DNA of 64,000 nt from the human T2T-CHM13v2.0 reference genome, Homo sapiens. Each line of letters opens with the position of its first letter. The first letter of the stretch is position 1. A program made the translations under genes and the position numbers. The notes under the pieces are model-generated. The model was not told the DNA's origin. It did not search any database and worked only from the letters and a program-made list of their open reading frames with translations. This document shows positions 16,786 to 30,123 of the stretch, piece by piece. Location: NCBI RefSeq assembly GCF_009914755.1, contig NC_060930.1. One strand, written 5' to 3'.

Positions 16786-17509
16786 CTTTGTGGTTGTATC
16801 TACCTTTGGTGTTTGATGTTGGTGACCTACAGATAGGGTTTTGATGTACATGACCTTTTTGCTGATGTTGATGCTATTCTTTTCTGTTTGTTAGTTTGTC
16901 AGGTCCCTCAGCTGCAGGTCTGTTGGAGTTTGCTGGAGTTCCACTCCAGACCCTGTTTGCTCGGGTATCACCAGTGGAGGCTGCAGAACAGCAGATATTG
17001 CAGAATAGCAAATCTTGCTGCCTGATCCTTCCTCTGGAAGCTTCATCCCAGAGGGCCAGCCAACTGTATGAGGTGTCTGTTGGCCCCTACTGGGAGCTGT
17101 CTCCCAGTTAGGCTACAAAGCAGTCAGGGACTCACCCTGCTTCAGCTGACCCTCTGTGGGCTGCAGCCACTGTCCAACCAGTCCCAATGATATGAATCAG
17201 GTATCTCAGTTGGAAATGCAGAACTCACCCATCTTCTGCGTCAATCACGCTGAGAGCTGCAGACCAGAGCTATTCCTATTCAGCCATCTTGGCGACTCCC
17301 CAGTAAAAGCTATTTTTTGAAAAACAAGACTTCTTTATTTTATTTTCCAGCACACAAAACTGTGGGGTCACTCTTCTAAAATAATGACCAAATTATTATC
17401 AAAACAGAGGTAATATACCTAATTTACCCTTATTTTTTTCCCTTTCTCTCTCCCTCCCTCTCTAATTCTGCTATGCTCCTCTTGTCCTATTCACCCACTA
17501 AAGAGATCT

Positions 17510-17872
17510 GGGTTGGATATAACTGGTGCTGTTGGTTCTGGTAGAGTCCCAAAAAGCTGGGGAACCTGGATTTACATCCAGCAGTCTTTTTTGTTTATTT
17601 GTTTCATCTGTAAAGGGCCCACAAGAGTTAGGGAGTTCCCCTTTTATGCTGAGTTGTACTGGCTCAAGGGATGGGGTGATGCAGGCAAAATGAAATTTCT
17701 CTTCCTACCTATTTTGTACAGCTATTATTGTGTTTTTCCTTTGCTGTATTTCTGTGACTTAAGTGGACTCCTAAGCTCGTCCATAGTTATTTTTGGTAAT
17801 GGAAAGCTACTGAATTGTTGCTCTTTGCAAAATAAAAGTTGGAATCTCCTACTGTACCATCTAGTTGAGGTT
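17510..17872 (-). mobile_element. Probable 5' end fragment of an old L1M (L1M2/M3-like)
   Basis: Ends GGAATCTCCTACTGTACCATCTAGTTG, resembling L1M 5' termini (reverse of ...CAAGATGGC..A.TAGGAG). Confidence 0.4.
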
Positions 17873-18045
17873 TCTTTCTTCTTCACTAATCTGATGTGTG
17901 CTGTGTGCAAAACACTGCTCTGGGTGAGGTTGTACTTGATTATGTCACAACAGAAAATAATTCTACTATCAAAATAAAAGAATTTAAAAATCACCACAAC
18001 ATGAATAAATAAATTCAACAAATCTTTAGTGAATTACATAATATA

Positions 18046-18046
18046 A

Positions 18047-18087
<41 letters not shown>
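18046..18087. repeat. (CA)n microsatellite
   Basis: About 21 CA units with one interruption. Confidence 0.95.
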
Positions 18088-18090
<3 letters not shown>

Positions 18091-18584
18091 TTATAATCGC
18101 AAACCTCATAACAAGTATTTGAATGTTTTAATATAGAAAATGCAGTGGTCAATTTTTTTGAGAAATGCTTTTGTGGGAAAAGTCATTTTTATACTGTATT
18201 TATGTAAAACAAACTACCATTATAGCTCCATTTGAAAAGAATTGCACAAATTAGTGAGTTAATTTTGGCTGTAATAATCTTTTAGGACTAGATTATAAAG
18301 CTAAGTAAGAACAAAGATTTTTACTTAGTAGAGAGATAATTTATTTTTAAGTTATATATCTGTGTGAAAATAAGTCACATTTTGAACTTCTGAAACACAT
18401 ATTTTCAATGGTTAAGTATTTATTGAATATTTTCAATTTATTAAGTATATAAAAATGAGTGCAAACAAAATAAAGAGGAATTATGGTCCCTGACTTGAGA
18501 AATAATTTTAGTCTACTTTAGTAGAGACTGTATACATTAAAATTTAAAGATAGGGTGTTAACTAACTAGGTGACAAAACAGAAT

Positions 18585-18690
18585 TAGGAGATTTGCACAT
18601 ATGTCTCATTTAGCCTCATTTAGTCTTTTCACAATCTTAATAAGTAGCTGTCATTTTCAATTTGAAGAACTTGAGACTCCTGCTTAAACA
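18585..18690 (-). mobile_element. MIR fragment
   Basis: TCTCATTTA..CTC..ACAATC...CATTTT...GAACTTGAGACTC core-like sequence. Confidence 0.45.
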
Positions 18691-18789
18691 TGAAGAGCTG
18701 AAATAATTTATCTCTGTTTTCTTAGAAGGTTCATAAAAAATTATAATCAATCATGGTATAAATCAAATCATGTATAAATAGATAAAAAT

Positions 18790-21490
18790 GAAATCCACAA
18801 AGCACAGGGAAGAGACTATAGAAGACAAGAAAACCAACACAATTTGTAAGATGAAATTCAAATAGGTAAATGCTGATATTTTCAGAGTAAGGGATGCTGA
18901 AAGCTATATGCCAGTAAAAGAAGATGCTAATGTCAAGGAAGCCAACTAAAATCAAGCAGATTTTGAAAGTCCCCAAAAAACAGAATTACTAGATACTTAG
19001 ATTGTGAAAAATGAGAATAAAAGCAGAATAACTGCTTGAAAATAAAGTATAGAGAATATTTAGACTCTCACCTCTCTCTCCAAAACAAGCAGGCAACCAT
19101 CTGTCTCCCACCCAAGTAGGAGGATGGAGTTTTATTTTCTGCAAAAACTAAATGCAAGAGTTTATAGACTCATATGCGTTAAAATGGATGAGGTTGGGGG
19201 CTACTCTTTACCAAAGTTAAGAGAAATAAGTTAAAACCTGCATACCATTTCTCTAACTCATCTTCCAGAATAATACCAACCTATTTATACTTGTTAGGCA
19301 AGATGTTAGATAATTCCTCTCTAAAAAGCTGACCAAGAGAGAAATTCTGCAGTAATATCTAAGGGCTTCCAAGAAAATATCTGTATCCTGGCCTATTACC
19401 CTACACTTCTCAAAAAGTGCAGCTCATGCATCTATGATCTCTACTTAATTTTTTAGTGTTTTTCTTTTATACATGGCTATATATACATTGAACTTCACAC
19501 ACTGAGGGAGAGTCTCTAAAATGAAGATAAGCAAATGAAGACTGGAGGAAATTTAGATGCCACATGTAACAAAGAAAATATTTTAAAGTAACTATAAATG
19601 AAAAAAATACTGGTTTAGTGAAAGAATAGCAATTCTTTCAAATGAATAACCAGAGAATTAAAAGTCTATTAAAGTTTTAAAAAATAATAGGAGAAAATAA
19701 AATTTTAGTAGAATGTTGAAAAAATTTTCCAGAAAGTAGATGAGGTAAATGAAGTAAGGAAAATCATTTCAGCTCAGCTCGTAAGTTTCTGAATTTAAAA
19801 AGCCCACTGAATTCCTAGCACGATGAATGAAAAAGATGTCTCAGTCAGTCATCAATAACTTTCAGAGGACTGGGGATAAAAAGAAAGTTCTAAAGCCTTT
19901 CAGGAACTGGAGGAAAGTTACACAAAAGGGAACTAGGATCCAAATACCATCAGATATTACAACAGTGATGCTGGAAGTGAGAGAACAATAGATAAATGCT
20001 TTCAACTTCAGAAGAAAAATTCTTTCCAACATAGGTTTCTATACTTAACCTCCCAAAAGCATTGAATTGTGAAGATAATTGTGTAAAATCTTCACAATAA
20101 TATGTTAAGTGTAATTCAAAAACTTAAATCCCATGAAATTTAAAGTTGTTAGGGTAAGTCTTCAGAATTCTGTCTAGAAATTCTAGACATATATAGTTCT
20201 GGCTATATATCCCTAATCTTTATGGTCCCAGGTGCTTGTTAGAGTCACATAATGGTGTTTGTCTGTTCTGGTTAGAAAGACAAGTGGAGATGATTCTTGG
20301 GCCGTTGGCTATTTAATTGCTATGGCTAAAGAGAGATTCTACGAAATACAGGTTATTTAGTGCTGGTTTCATTCATTTTCCAGATGAGCCAGGAGAAACA
20401 TGAGAACATTAGAAATCACAATGTATCTGCCTTCCACCTGAGAAAATGTTGCCTACTTTTTTCGTACACTAAGAGCTTTATCCTCCTCTCCCTTAGCCCT
20501 TCTCTCTCAGAAGATAAGAATTGTATTCTGCCACATTTTGAGAATGGGAGGCTGAACAAGACTCATTCACCATTTTTGGTATATACCCATCCACATTTTT
20601 AAAATGTCTTATTTCTAAAAATAAAATAATTTCAGCATCTGGGTTCTCAAAACTAATATAGCACCAAAACACTAATGTTCAGGACACTACTACAAGCATG
20701 TGCTTTTTCTAAACAACATAGCAAATTAAGGTTGAGCCAACACAGTGTCCACAAATCCATACAATACAAAATATCCAATACAGAAGAGAGATTTAAGGCA
20801 CTCCCAAAAAGATCTGTGAAGCTGATTCTAAGAATATCCAACCCAGATTGGAGTAACTGGAGAGAATATTTAAGAATATAAGATATTTCAAGCAAAATAA
20901 AAGGAAGTTATGTTATTTAATGTGTTTTGCTATATTGAGTGGAGATTATAAGGCTCCCAGCCAGACTGGAAAACTGGAGAAAAAAATAGATATATTATCA
21001 GATGTAAAGACAAAAAAAATAGTGAGCAATTATTTTTTCTAGAGAAAATCATTAGATGCTCAAAAAAAGAATGTAAATATACTGTATTTGCTCAGTTGTG
21101 AACAACATTTACATGGTCCAAGTAATGTATAGATTCAACTGGAAACTGTGATATAAATATAATAGGAGCTTGGAGAGGAAAGACAAGAGAGAAAGATAAA
21201 GTTTGAAAGTGTGGATGTGGAGGGGGACAGTTTTAAGAATACAACATTCTCATGGTCTGTGTTTGGAAATCAATAAATGATATATGAAATAAAACATTTA
21301 TAAAAGTCAGTAGATTATATATTAAAAATAGGAAAGTAGGTGCCAGAAGAAACAACTGAATGAATTGCAATTTGTTGATACTAGTGAGTGTGAAGCAAAA
21401 GTGAAATGGATTTAGGACAGGAATTCATGGGTTTGGTTAGATGTTTTGAATTAGCATTCATTTTTTAACCATGTACATAGGTTTTGAAGA
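18790..21490 (+). mobile_element. HAL1 (half-L1, ORF1-like) ancient element, interrupted at ~20080-20615
   Basis: 19800-20050 resembles the HAL1 ORF (GCCCACTGAATTCCTAGCACGATGAATGAAAAAGA...TTCCAACATAGGTTTCTATAC). 21080-21130 has the HAL1-like 3' motif GCTCAGTTGTGAACAACATTTACATGG. Confidence 0.6.
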
Positions 21491-21713
21491 AAAAGTAAAT
21501 TAAGGAGAGTAGAATTCAGATTATTTAAATGGCTAGTCTACCAGAAGGGTAAAATAAAATTTAAGCAAATTCTAGTTTCAGTTGTTTGCTCCTTGACTTT
21601 TATGTTTTCCTCTATTTTATTCAAACATTGCTGTGAGAAAGAAAAAAAAAGGAATGATTATACTAAAATAAACTTAGTCAGGAAAGGTGTTGAGAAGAAT
21701 TCCATTTTCTAGA

Positions 21714-24347
21714 ACTGCTCTGCCTAACATACAGGCTACTCGCCCATTTCTCTATTTGCAAACTTAAAATGTAGTGAAAATAAGAATACTTGTGACACAT
21801 CAGATACATTTTTGACATACATAGCAAAATAAAATATATAATTAAAACAAATTTTAACTGTTGATTTTTATTTTTTAATGTGGCTATTATAAAATGTTTA
21901 ATTACACCTATGGCTCTCTATTAGCCCATTCTCACATTTCCATAAAGAACTACCTGAGACTGGGTAATTTATAAATAAAATAGGTTTAATTCATACACAA
22001 TTTTTTCAGGCTGGTGAGGCCTCAGGAAACAGTCAATCATGGTAGAAAGCAAAAGGGGAGGCAGGCATGTCTTCACATGGCAGAGCGAGAGAGAGAGAGT
22101 ATGAAGAGGAAGGTGCCACACACTCTTAAGCAACCAGATCTCATGAGAACTCTTATTATGAGACAACACTAGGGGGATGGTGCTAAACCATTAAAAACCA
22201 CCCTCATGATCCAGTCACTTCCCACCAGGCCCCACCTCCAACACTGGGGATTATAATTCAACATCATATTTGGGTTGGGACACAGAACCAAACCATATTA
22301 TTTCCCCTTGGTCCCTCCCAAGTCTCACGTTCTTCTCACATTTCAAAAGCCAATCATGCCTTCCCAGCAGTCCCCCAAAGTCTTCACTCATTCCAGCATT
22401 AACGCAAAAGTTCAATTCCAAAGTCTAATCTGAGAAAAAGCAAGTCCCTTCTGCCTATGACCCTGTAAAATAAAAACAACGTAGTTATTTTCAAGATACA
22501 ATGGGGGTACAGGAATGTGGTACATGCTCCTTCTCTAAAAGGAAGAAATTAACCAAAGCAGAGGAGCTACAGGCCCGATGCAAGTCCAAAACCCAGAAGA
22601 ACAGTCATTAATTCTCAAAACTCCAAAATAATCTCCTTTGACACCATGTCTGACATCCAGGCAACACTGATGCAAGGGGTGGGTTCCCAAGGCCTTAGGC
22701 AGCCCTGCCCCTTTGGCTCTGCAGGGTACAGCCCCCTCAGCTGTTCTCCTGGGCTGTCATTGAGTGCCTGTGGCTTTTCCAAGTGCAAGATGGTGGGCCT
22801 ACCATTCTGGGGTCTGGAGAACAGTGGCCCTCTCTCACAGCTCCACTAGGCAGTGCCCCAGTGGGGACTCTGTGTGGGGGCTCCAACCCCACATATCTCC
22901 TCTGCACTGCCCTAGTAGAGATTCATGATGAGGGCTCCACCCCCTCAGCAGACTTCTGCCTGGACATCCAGGCATTTCCATATATCCTCTGAAATCTAGA
23001 CAGAAGCTTCCAAGCCTCAACTTTTGCCCTCTGCACACCTGAAGGCTTAACACTACATGGAAGCTGCCAAGGCTTAGGGCTTGCAACATCTGAAGCAAAG
23101 GCCTGAGCTATACCTTGGTCCCTTTTAGCCATAGCTGGAGGTGGATCTGGAGCTAGAATGGCCATAATGCAGGGTGCAATGCCCCAAGGCTGCACAGTGT
23201 AGTAGGGCCCTGGGTCTGTCCCTCAAAACCATTCTTTTCTCCTAGGCCTCCAGGTTTGTGATGGGAGGAGCTGCAATGAAGGTATCTGAAATGGCTTCAA
23301 GTCATTTAGCCCATTGTATCGGCTATTAACATTTGGCTTCTCTTTTCTTATGAAAATTTCTACAGCTGCCTTGAATTCCTCCTTAGAAAATAGGTTTTTC
23401 ATTTCTACCACATGGTCAGACTGGAAATATTCCAAACTTTTATGTGCTGCTTTCCCTTTAAATATAAGTTTCAATATTAGAAAATCTATTTGCTCATGAA
23501 TATAAACATACACTGTTAGAAGCAGCCAGGCCACATCTTGAGTGCTTTGCTGATTAGAATGTTTCTTCTGCCAGATACTCTAAATCATCTCTCCCAAGTT
23601 CAAAGTTCCATAGATCCCTAGAGCAGGAGCAAAATGTTGCCAGTCTCTTTGCTAAAGCATAATAAGAGTGAACTTTACTCAGTTTGCAATAAGTTCCTCA
23701 TCTCTATCTGAGACCACCTAGGCCTGGACTTCACTGTCCATATCACTATCAGTATTTTGGTCACAGCCATTTAACAAATCTCTAGGAAGTTCCAAATTTT
23801 CCCTCATCTTCCCATATTCTTGTGAGCCCTTCAAACAGTTTCAACCTCAGCTCTTACTCAGTTTCAAAACCACTTCCACATTTTCAGGTATTTTTATAAC
23901 AATACCCCATTCCTGGTACCAATTATCTTCATTAGTTCATTCTTACCCTACTATAAATAACTACCTGAGACTGCATAATTTATAAACAGGCTTAATTGGC
24001 TAATGGTTTTGCAGGCTTTACAGGTAGCATGGCTGGTGTGGCCTCAGGAAATTATTACTCATGCCAGAAAGCAAAAGTGGAAGGAGGCACATCTTCACAC
24101 GGTGGGACAGGAGAGAGACAGAGTGAAGGGGAAGGTGCCACACACCTTTAAACAATCAGATCTTTTGAGACAGCACTAATGGTGCTAAACCATTAGAAAA
24201 CACTCTCATGATCCAATCACCTCCCACCCAGCCCCACCTCCAACACTAGGGATTATAATTCAACATGAGATTTGGGTGGGGATGCAGAGCCAAATGATAT
24301 CAAGCTCTCATTTTTAGGCTTATTTTATATTTGTATTAGACAGCACG
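21714..24347. mobile_element. MER33/MER3-like hAT-Charlie DNA transposon split by MSTA
   Basis: TTTTAATGTGGCTATTATAAAATGTTTAATTACACCTATGGCTC before the LTR continues as ...TTATATTTGTATTAGACAGCAC after it. Confidence 0.65.
21917..24302 (-). mobile_element. Complete MSTA MaLR provirus (LTR 21917-22300, internal 22301-23927, LTR 23928-24302)
   Basis: Two homologous LTRs carrying ATGGTGCTAAACCATT, with MaLR internal sequence between them. 5-bp TSD GGCTC/AGCTC. Confidence 0.93.
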
Positions 24348-26020
24348 CTTCTGGTGATGGGAACTGGTGACAAAATACTTAGGTTTGAACAGCATAAGAC
24401 CTCAAGAGGGCAAGGACTGTAGTATGTACCCAATAAATATTGAATGGATCTAGACAGAGTAAAAAGGTACCATGGGCAATAATTAACAAAACAGGTATTT
24501 TGGAGGGGCTACCTAAGCAATGCTGCAGCTGGTTGCAGGATACATAAAGGTGACAATATGTAAGAAATCCAAATGCTTAACATCTAGGCATAAGGATTCA
24601 CTTCCTGGTTTCCAAGTTAGCTAAGGAGAAAAATAATCCATTTTGAAAGAGGCTTTGAAAAAGAACATACAATACATAAGAAAGAAAAAGCAATGGAAAG
24701 ATTGCAGTCCCACTGATTTGAAGTTGCAGTTCTAAATAGACTAAAAGTCTTAAAAACAGTAAAAGGAAAGTTGGGAACAAGTACATATTTAAAAGGATAG
24801 CTAATCACCATCCCAAAAGATAAACTCCTGAACCTGTTAATTCTGCATGTTGAAATCCCCAAAAATCAAAATCCTGTAAATATATTTCTGAAAAAAAATT
24901 TTTAGAAATCTTTAAAATAAATGTGTTTACATTTTCAAAAGGAGATTTATTTGACAAACATATAAAAACACAACAGAACACATCATTTGCCACTTTGCAC
25001 AATAAAATAGGCAAAAATAGCATACATATTTTTGCAAGCATAAACATTTGGGTGTACTAATCACAGTTGCATGAGTACAACAGTTATGAACAGACAAAAC
25101 TTATTCATAGATGGTAGGACAGAAAGGGAAATGGATAAATACATGTCACTTTGGTTAGTAACTGTGTGTACTCAGCTTCATAAATGTAGTCATCTGTAAT
25201 ACCATGATAAACAACCTAGGTCTTTTGACAAGGTCAATACAAAACCACAGTAGGTCACCACTATATATGGAGTTGCCCAAACAGCCAAGATCCCAACAAA
25301 TTGTATCTTTCACAAATGCATATATACAGCAAAAACATATCTTCCTTTACTGAGGAAGTGTCAACATTTTTAGGTACATGCAGAATACTTACACACAAAG
25401 CAAATGTGATAATGTTCTTTCTTGGAATCAAATTTGCAAAAAAACGCATAAACAAATTAAACTCTCTAAAAGTCTCTACACAATTTATACTTTCAGTATT
25501 GGAAATGATACAAAGGTGAAATACTTAGCATAAAAATTGTAAAGAATAATGCTGACAGTTCAAAATAATGAAAAAATCTAAAAAGAAAATCTGACATATG
25601 AAAAAGTTTATTGCAGTGATAGATTATGAGCAGTTGAGCAGTTGCACAGAGATAGTCAATAAGAGCTGGTAGATTTTCACAAGCATTAATTATATTTTGA
25701 AGTTTTACCTCACAAGAAATAGCTGCTTTTGTTAAAGACACAGCTTTTCTCAGAAAATTCATTCACATTCATTTTCTATGTGACACTACTCTTACCTAAA
25801 TACTTCTATGATTTGCTATAAATGAACATGAGCATTTCTTATTAAAATTTTTCATCTTCTATGCCATGCTTTTATGTTGTTTTGGACATGTGGAAATCCA
25901 TTTTGTGTGCACTTAGATGCAGACCACAAATTCGGCTGAAATAACACTGTTGATTCAACAACAACACAGTTGCCATTTTTGAAGTTCAGTAACTTCACTG
26001 GCTTCTTAGGGCAAACATAA

Positions 26021-26213
26021 TTTTTTTTTTTCTTTTAAGATGGAGTCTCGCTCTGTCGCCCAGGCTGGGGTGCAGTGGTGCTATCTCGGCTCACTGCTAG
26101 CTCTGCCTTCTGGTTCCTGCCATTCTCCTGCCTCAGCCTCCCGAGTAGCTGGGACTACAGGCGCCCGCCACCACGCCCGGCTAATTTTTTTTTTTTTTTT
26201 TTTTGTATTTTTA
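26021..26213 (-). mobile_element. AluY right arm plus linker
   Basis: T-tail; AluY diagnostics GCCATTCTCC and GGGACTACAGGCGCCCGCC. Ends in the expanded linker TTTGTATTTTTA. Confidence 0.93.
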
Positions 26214-26214
26214 C

Positions 26215-26363
26215 CGCCTGTAGTCCCAGCTACTCAGGAGGTTGAGGCAGGAGAATGGCGTGAACCCAGGAGGCGGAGCTTGCAGTGAGCTGAAATAGCG
26301 CCACTGCACTCCAGCCAGGGCGAAAGAGAGAAACTCCGTCTCAAAAAAAAAAAAAAAAAAAAA
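26215..26363 (+). mobile_element. AluY right arm
   Basis: CGCCTGTAGTCCC...GAATGGCGTGAACC...GGAGCTTGCAG followed by an A21 tail. Confidence 0.93.
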
Positions 26364-26870
26364 CTCCTGGAATTTCATCAATCGATGGGAATGCCAATGC
26401 TGACAAATGATGCTTTTTTAAATTGAAGTTTTCCATGTTGCCATATTGCATGGCAAATCCACTTATCTTGACTTTCTGCCACATTTACTGGGCTGAAATG
26501 AAAAAAATTTATAGATGATAACTTGAAATTCACTTTTAGAAATCTTGATCACTCCTAATGCCAAGTCTGTCATTACAATTTGGAAGTTTAATTAGACATT
26601 GGAGATTTTCAATTTTAGAGGCTTCGGCTTTAGAGATTTTTATCTTTAGGAATTTTGATATTTAGGGATTTCAGTATTGAGGATTGTGTCTTTTGGAATT
26701 ATAATCCAAATCTGCTTAAAAGGGAATTCACTTTTCAATGCACTGGCTGCAAACCAATTGTAAATAAGGAAATGTGGAAATGTGATACTGAAAAAAAATT
26801 AGAAACTACATGCAATTTGAAACCACTTTAACAGAAACAACAGTTGAAATTATTAATGTCAATTATTTTC

Positions 26871-27184
26871 TTGTTGTTCTTGTTGTTTTCGTTTGTTTTT
26901 TTTGAGAGAGAGTCTCACTCTGTTGCCCAGGCTGGAATGAAGTGGTCTGATGGCTCCCTGCAATCTCTGCCTTTTTCATTCAAGCGATTCTCCAACCTCA
27001 GTCTTTCAAGGAGCTGGGATTACAGGTGCACGACACCACGCTTATATAATTTTTTTTGTAATTTAGTAGAGATGGGGTTTCACCATGTTGGCCAGGCTGG
27101 TTTCAAACTCATGACTTCAAGAGATCCACCCACCTCAGCCTCCCAAATTGCTGGAATTACAGGTGTGAGCCACCATGCCTGGCT
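26871..27184 (-). mobile_element. AluS, full length, diverged
   Basis: Both arms present. TSD GTCAATTATTTTC / GTCAGTTGTTTTC. Confidence 0.93.
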
Positions 27185-28737
27185 TAAGTCAGTTGTTTTC
27201 AGAAATAAATGTGAAAGCTGAAAGGATATTAGAAATATTCCATGATATGTTCATTTATGTGTACATTCAAATTATTGAATATGTTCATTCAATAGTCAAA
27301 CCCACATGATGTATTAGTTGTATTACTTTTATTATCAGCAAAAACCTGCACTTAGTTTCTAGTATTTTGAAATTTGGGGGAAAATACTCATAAATCAAGG
27401 ACGAAAAAAAAACTTTCAAGAGAATGCTAGAATAACTAAAAGTTAGAGAAGAGATTATAGAATAATTAATTGATCAAAGGGCATCAGCTAGTCTATGGGT
27501 AAAATGATTAAAAAATGTTCTTAAGCCAGCTTTAGGTGAAATTCAGCAGAGCACAGTATTCTGTTATTTTATATTTTTCTTACACTAATATATGTTGCTT
27601 TGTGCTAAGTAATTAATAAACCTGAGCATGACTGAGTTAAGAGGAACTGCACAGAAGATAAGTCATTCCGTGAAATGGTACTTACAGATATGAAAATGAT
27701 TCTTTAAACACCTAGCAAGGAAAGAGATATTCATCTCATTTGAAGAAACCTGAAGGATTGGTTCTCTATTTAATACTACTCTTTAAATAATACCATCATT
27801 ATGACTTTATTAATGTCTGAAAGAAATGTCACTTAAATCTTTTGCCAAAGTACCAGCGCTTGCTTGTCATTTGGCAGTTCTCTCATTTCTATTTTTTTCC
27901 TTCAAACTGTTTGCATATTCCGCAGGCTCATTTGTTATGTTTATCTTTCTTACCATACCTAATTGAATGTAATGGGATGATTTGGCTCATTCTGTGCACT
28001 GTGTGGTCTCTGCAGGCATGCTCCTCAACACATTTTAACATCCTAAAAGAAAATCCTATTACCACAAAATAGCGTTTAGATTAGAATGTAAACATGCCAT
28101 TCCATTTGCTTACCTTATTTAGAATCCCAAGAGTCATGGGACAGAAAATCTTAGGGTCTAATATGAACATCTCTGAAATAAGCATAATGAACTTCACATC
28201 ATAAAGAGTAAAGCCCCAAACGAGGCTTTTTACATTTTTTCTGTTCATATAGAAAGGCTACAAACTGTTCATCATATTCACCTAATTCACTTTGGATTCA
28301 GAAAAGAAGATAGAGAAAGGCTGTTTGGAGGATATACATAGGTTTTAAGAAAACTCTATGAATAGGAGGAAGATAGAGACTCAGAAAGTCAAATAGAACT
28401 ACACGAAAGTCATAGCTTCACAGATGTACATGTCCATTTCTAAACTCCTCAGATGTGATAAAGAATGATTATCAAAAAATTAGGAAATTAAATTTGAGAG
28501 AAAAAATGGGTTCATTAGTCATTATAAATGCTAAAAATTAAATTAATGCCATAAAAATGTAATAATCAGGTTTTTATAATTTCAAGTTAAAAAAGAAAAT
28601 GGTAGAGTCAGACTAATTGACAGAAAAGGTTTCAATCTCATTTGGAAAGTTATAAATTTTGTGTTACACATGGTTATGTGACCTATGATGGTATTCTAAA
28701 GCTTTCTCTATGAGTAAATAGGGTACATGGGAAGGTT

Positions 28738-29052
<315 letters not shown>

Positions 29053-29302
29053 ATGGGAAAGTTTTTTAACTATACTTTGCATACATGCAAAGCAAGAAGA
29101 TGGTATAGAAAACAGTAAACAGGTAGAGCAGACCTACATTTAGAGCTAAAAGATAGTGAAGAAACATGGAATCCACATGACAATAAAATTCTCTACCAGC
29201 AAAAAGGGCATCCAAATCCATAATAATTTGTCAACAAACAATGTTTGTAGGTCCAACTTGGGGAATTTTGGTGATTGTGTTTTTAGAAGCCACTCAAGGC
29301 AG

Positions 29303-29644
<342 letters not shown>

Positions 29645-29946
29645 TTATTTGAGAAAATAGTAATGGTTTACTATTTAATTTATTTAGCTGTAATGACCTT
29701 GACTGAAAATACTTCCTAGGAATGCTAAATTATGTGTGGGAAATAATCCTTTTGTGATAGGAGATATGGTATACACTAGTTTGTTGCATTGCTCAAGCAA
29801 GAGGCCAAGAATTTCTATTGTAATTCATTTATAGGATTTCTTCGAAAGAGCTCATCACATACTTAGTCCCTATCCCGACTTGAAAATAATCTGAACTAAG
29901 TCCAGTGTTTAATCTAAATGAATGTCAACTCAGAAAATGAATATAG

Positions 29947-30123
29947 AGTTGGTTCTCAAATTACAGCATGCACCTGGAAGCCTTGTACAAATACAAATTG
30001 CCAGGCCTCATCCCCACAGATGCTGAATCAGTAAGTGTGATGGAGATCTAAGACTGCATTTGTAACAATCTCCCAAGTGGTGCTGAGGCTGCTGTTCTAA
30101 AGACTGCCTTTTGAGGACTAGTG
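29947..30123. mobile_element. MER5A (hAT-Charlie MITE)
   Basis: TGGTTCTCAAA...TTTGAGGACTAGTG termini; internal CTGAATCAGTA and TGCATTTGTAACAA. Confidence 0.8.

Larger units (their letters stand above)
25612..26582 (-). pseudogene. MULE (Mutator-like) DDE transposase remnant
   Basis: Manual translation gives [44 protein letters not shown]...NGFPHVQNNIKAWHRR and LQNIINACENLPALIDYL, with many stops and frameshifts. Confidence 0.8.
24796..26713 (-). mobile_element. Ricksha-type MULE/MuDR DNA transposon
   Basis: Imperfect long TIRs (left ..ATCACCATCCCAAAAGATAAACTCCTG; right revcomp GATTTGGATTATAATTCCAAAAGACACAATCCTC) with AAATCC subrepeats. 9-bp TSD ATTTAAAAG/GCTTAAAAG. Internal transposase remnant. 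Confidence 0.88.

Noticed and set aside
17513-17977. 154-aa ORF
   Set aside because: Non-ATG start; lies antisense over a probable old L1 5' fragment; no recognisable domain.
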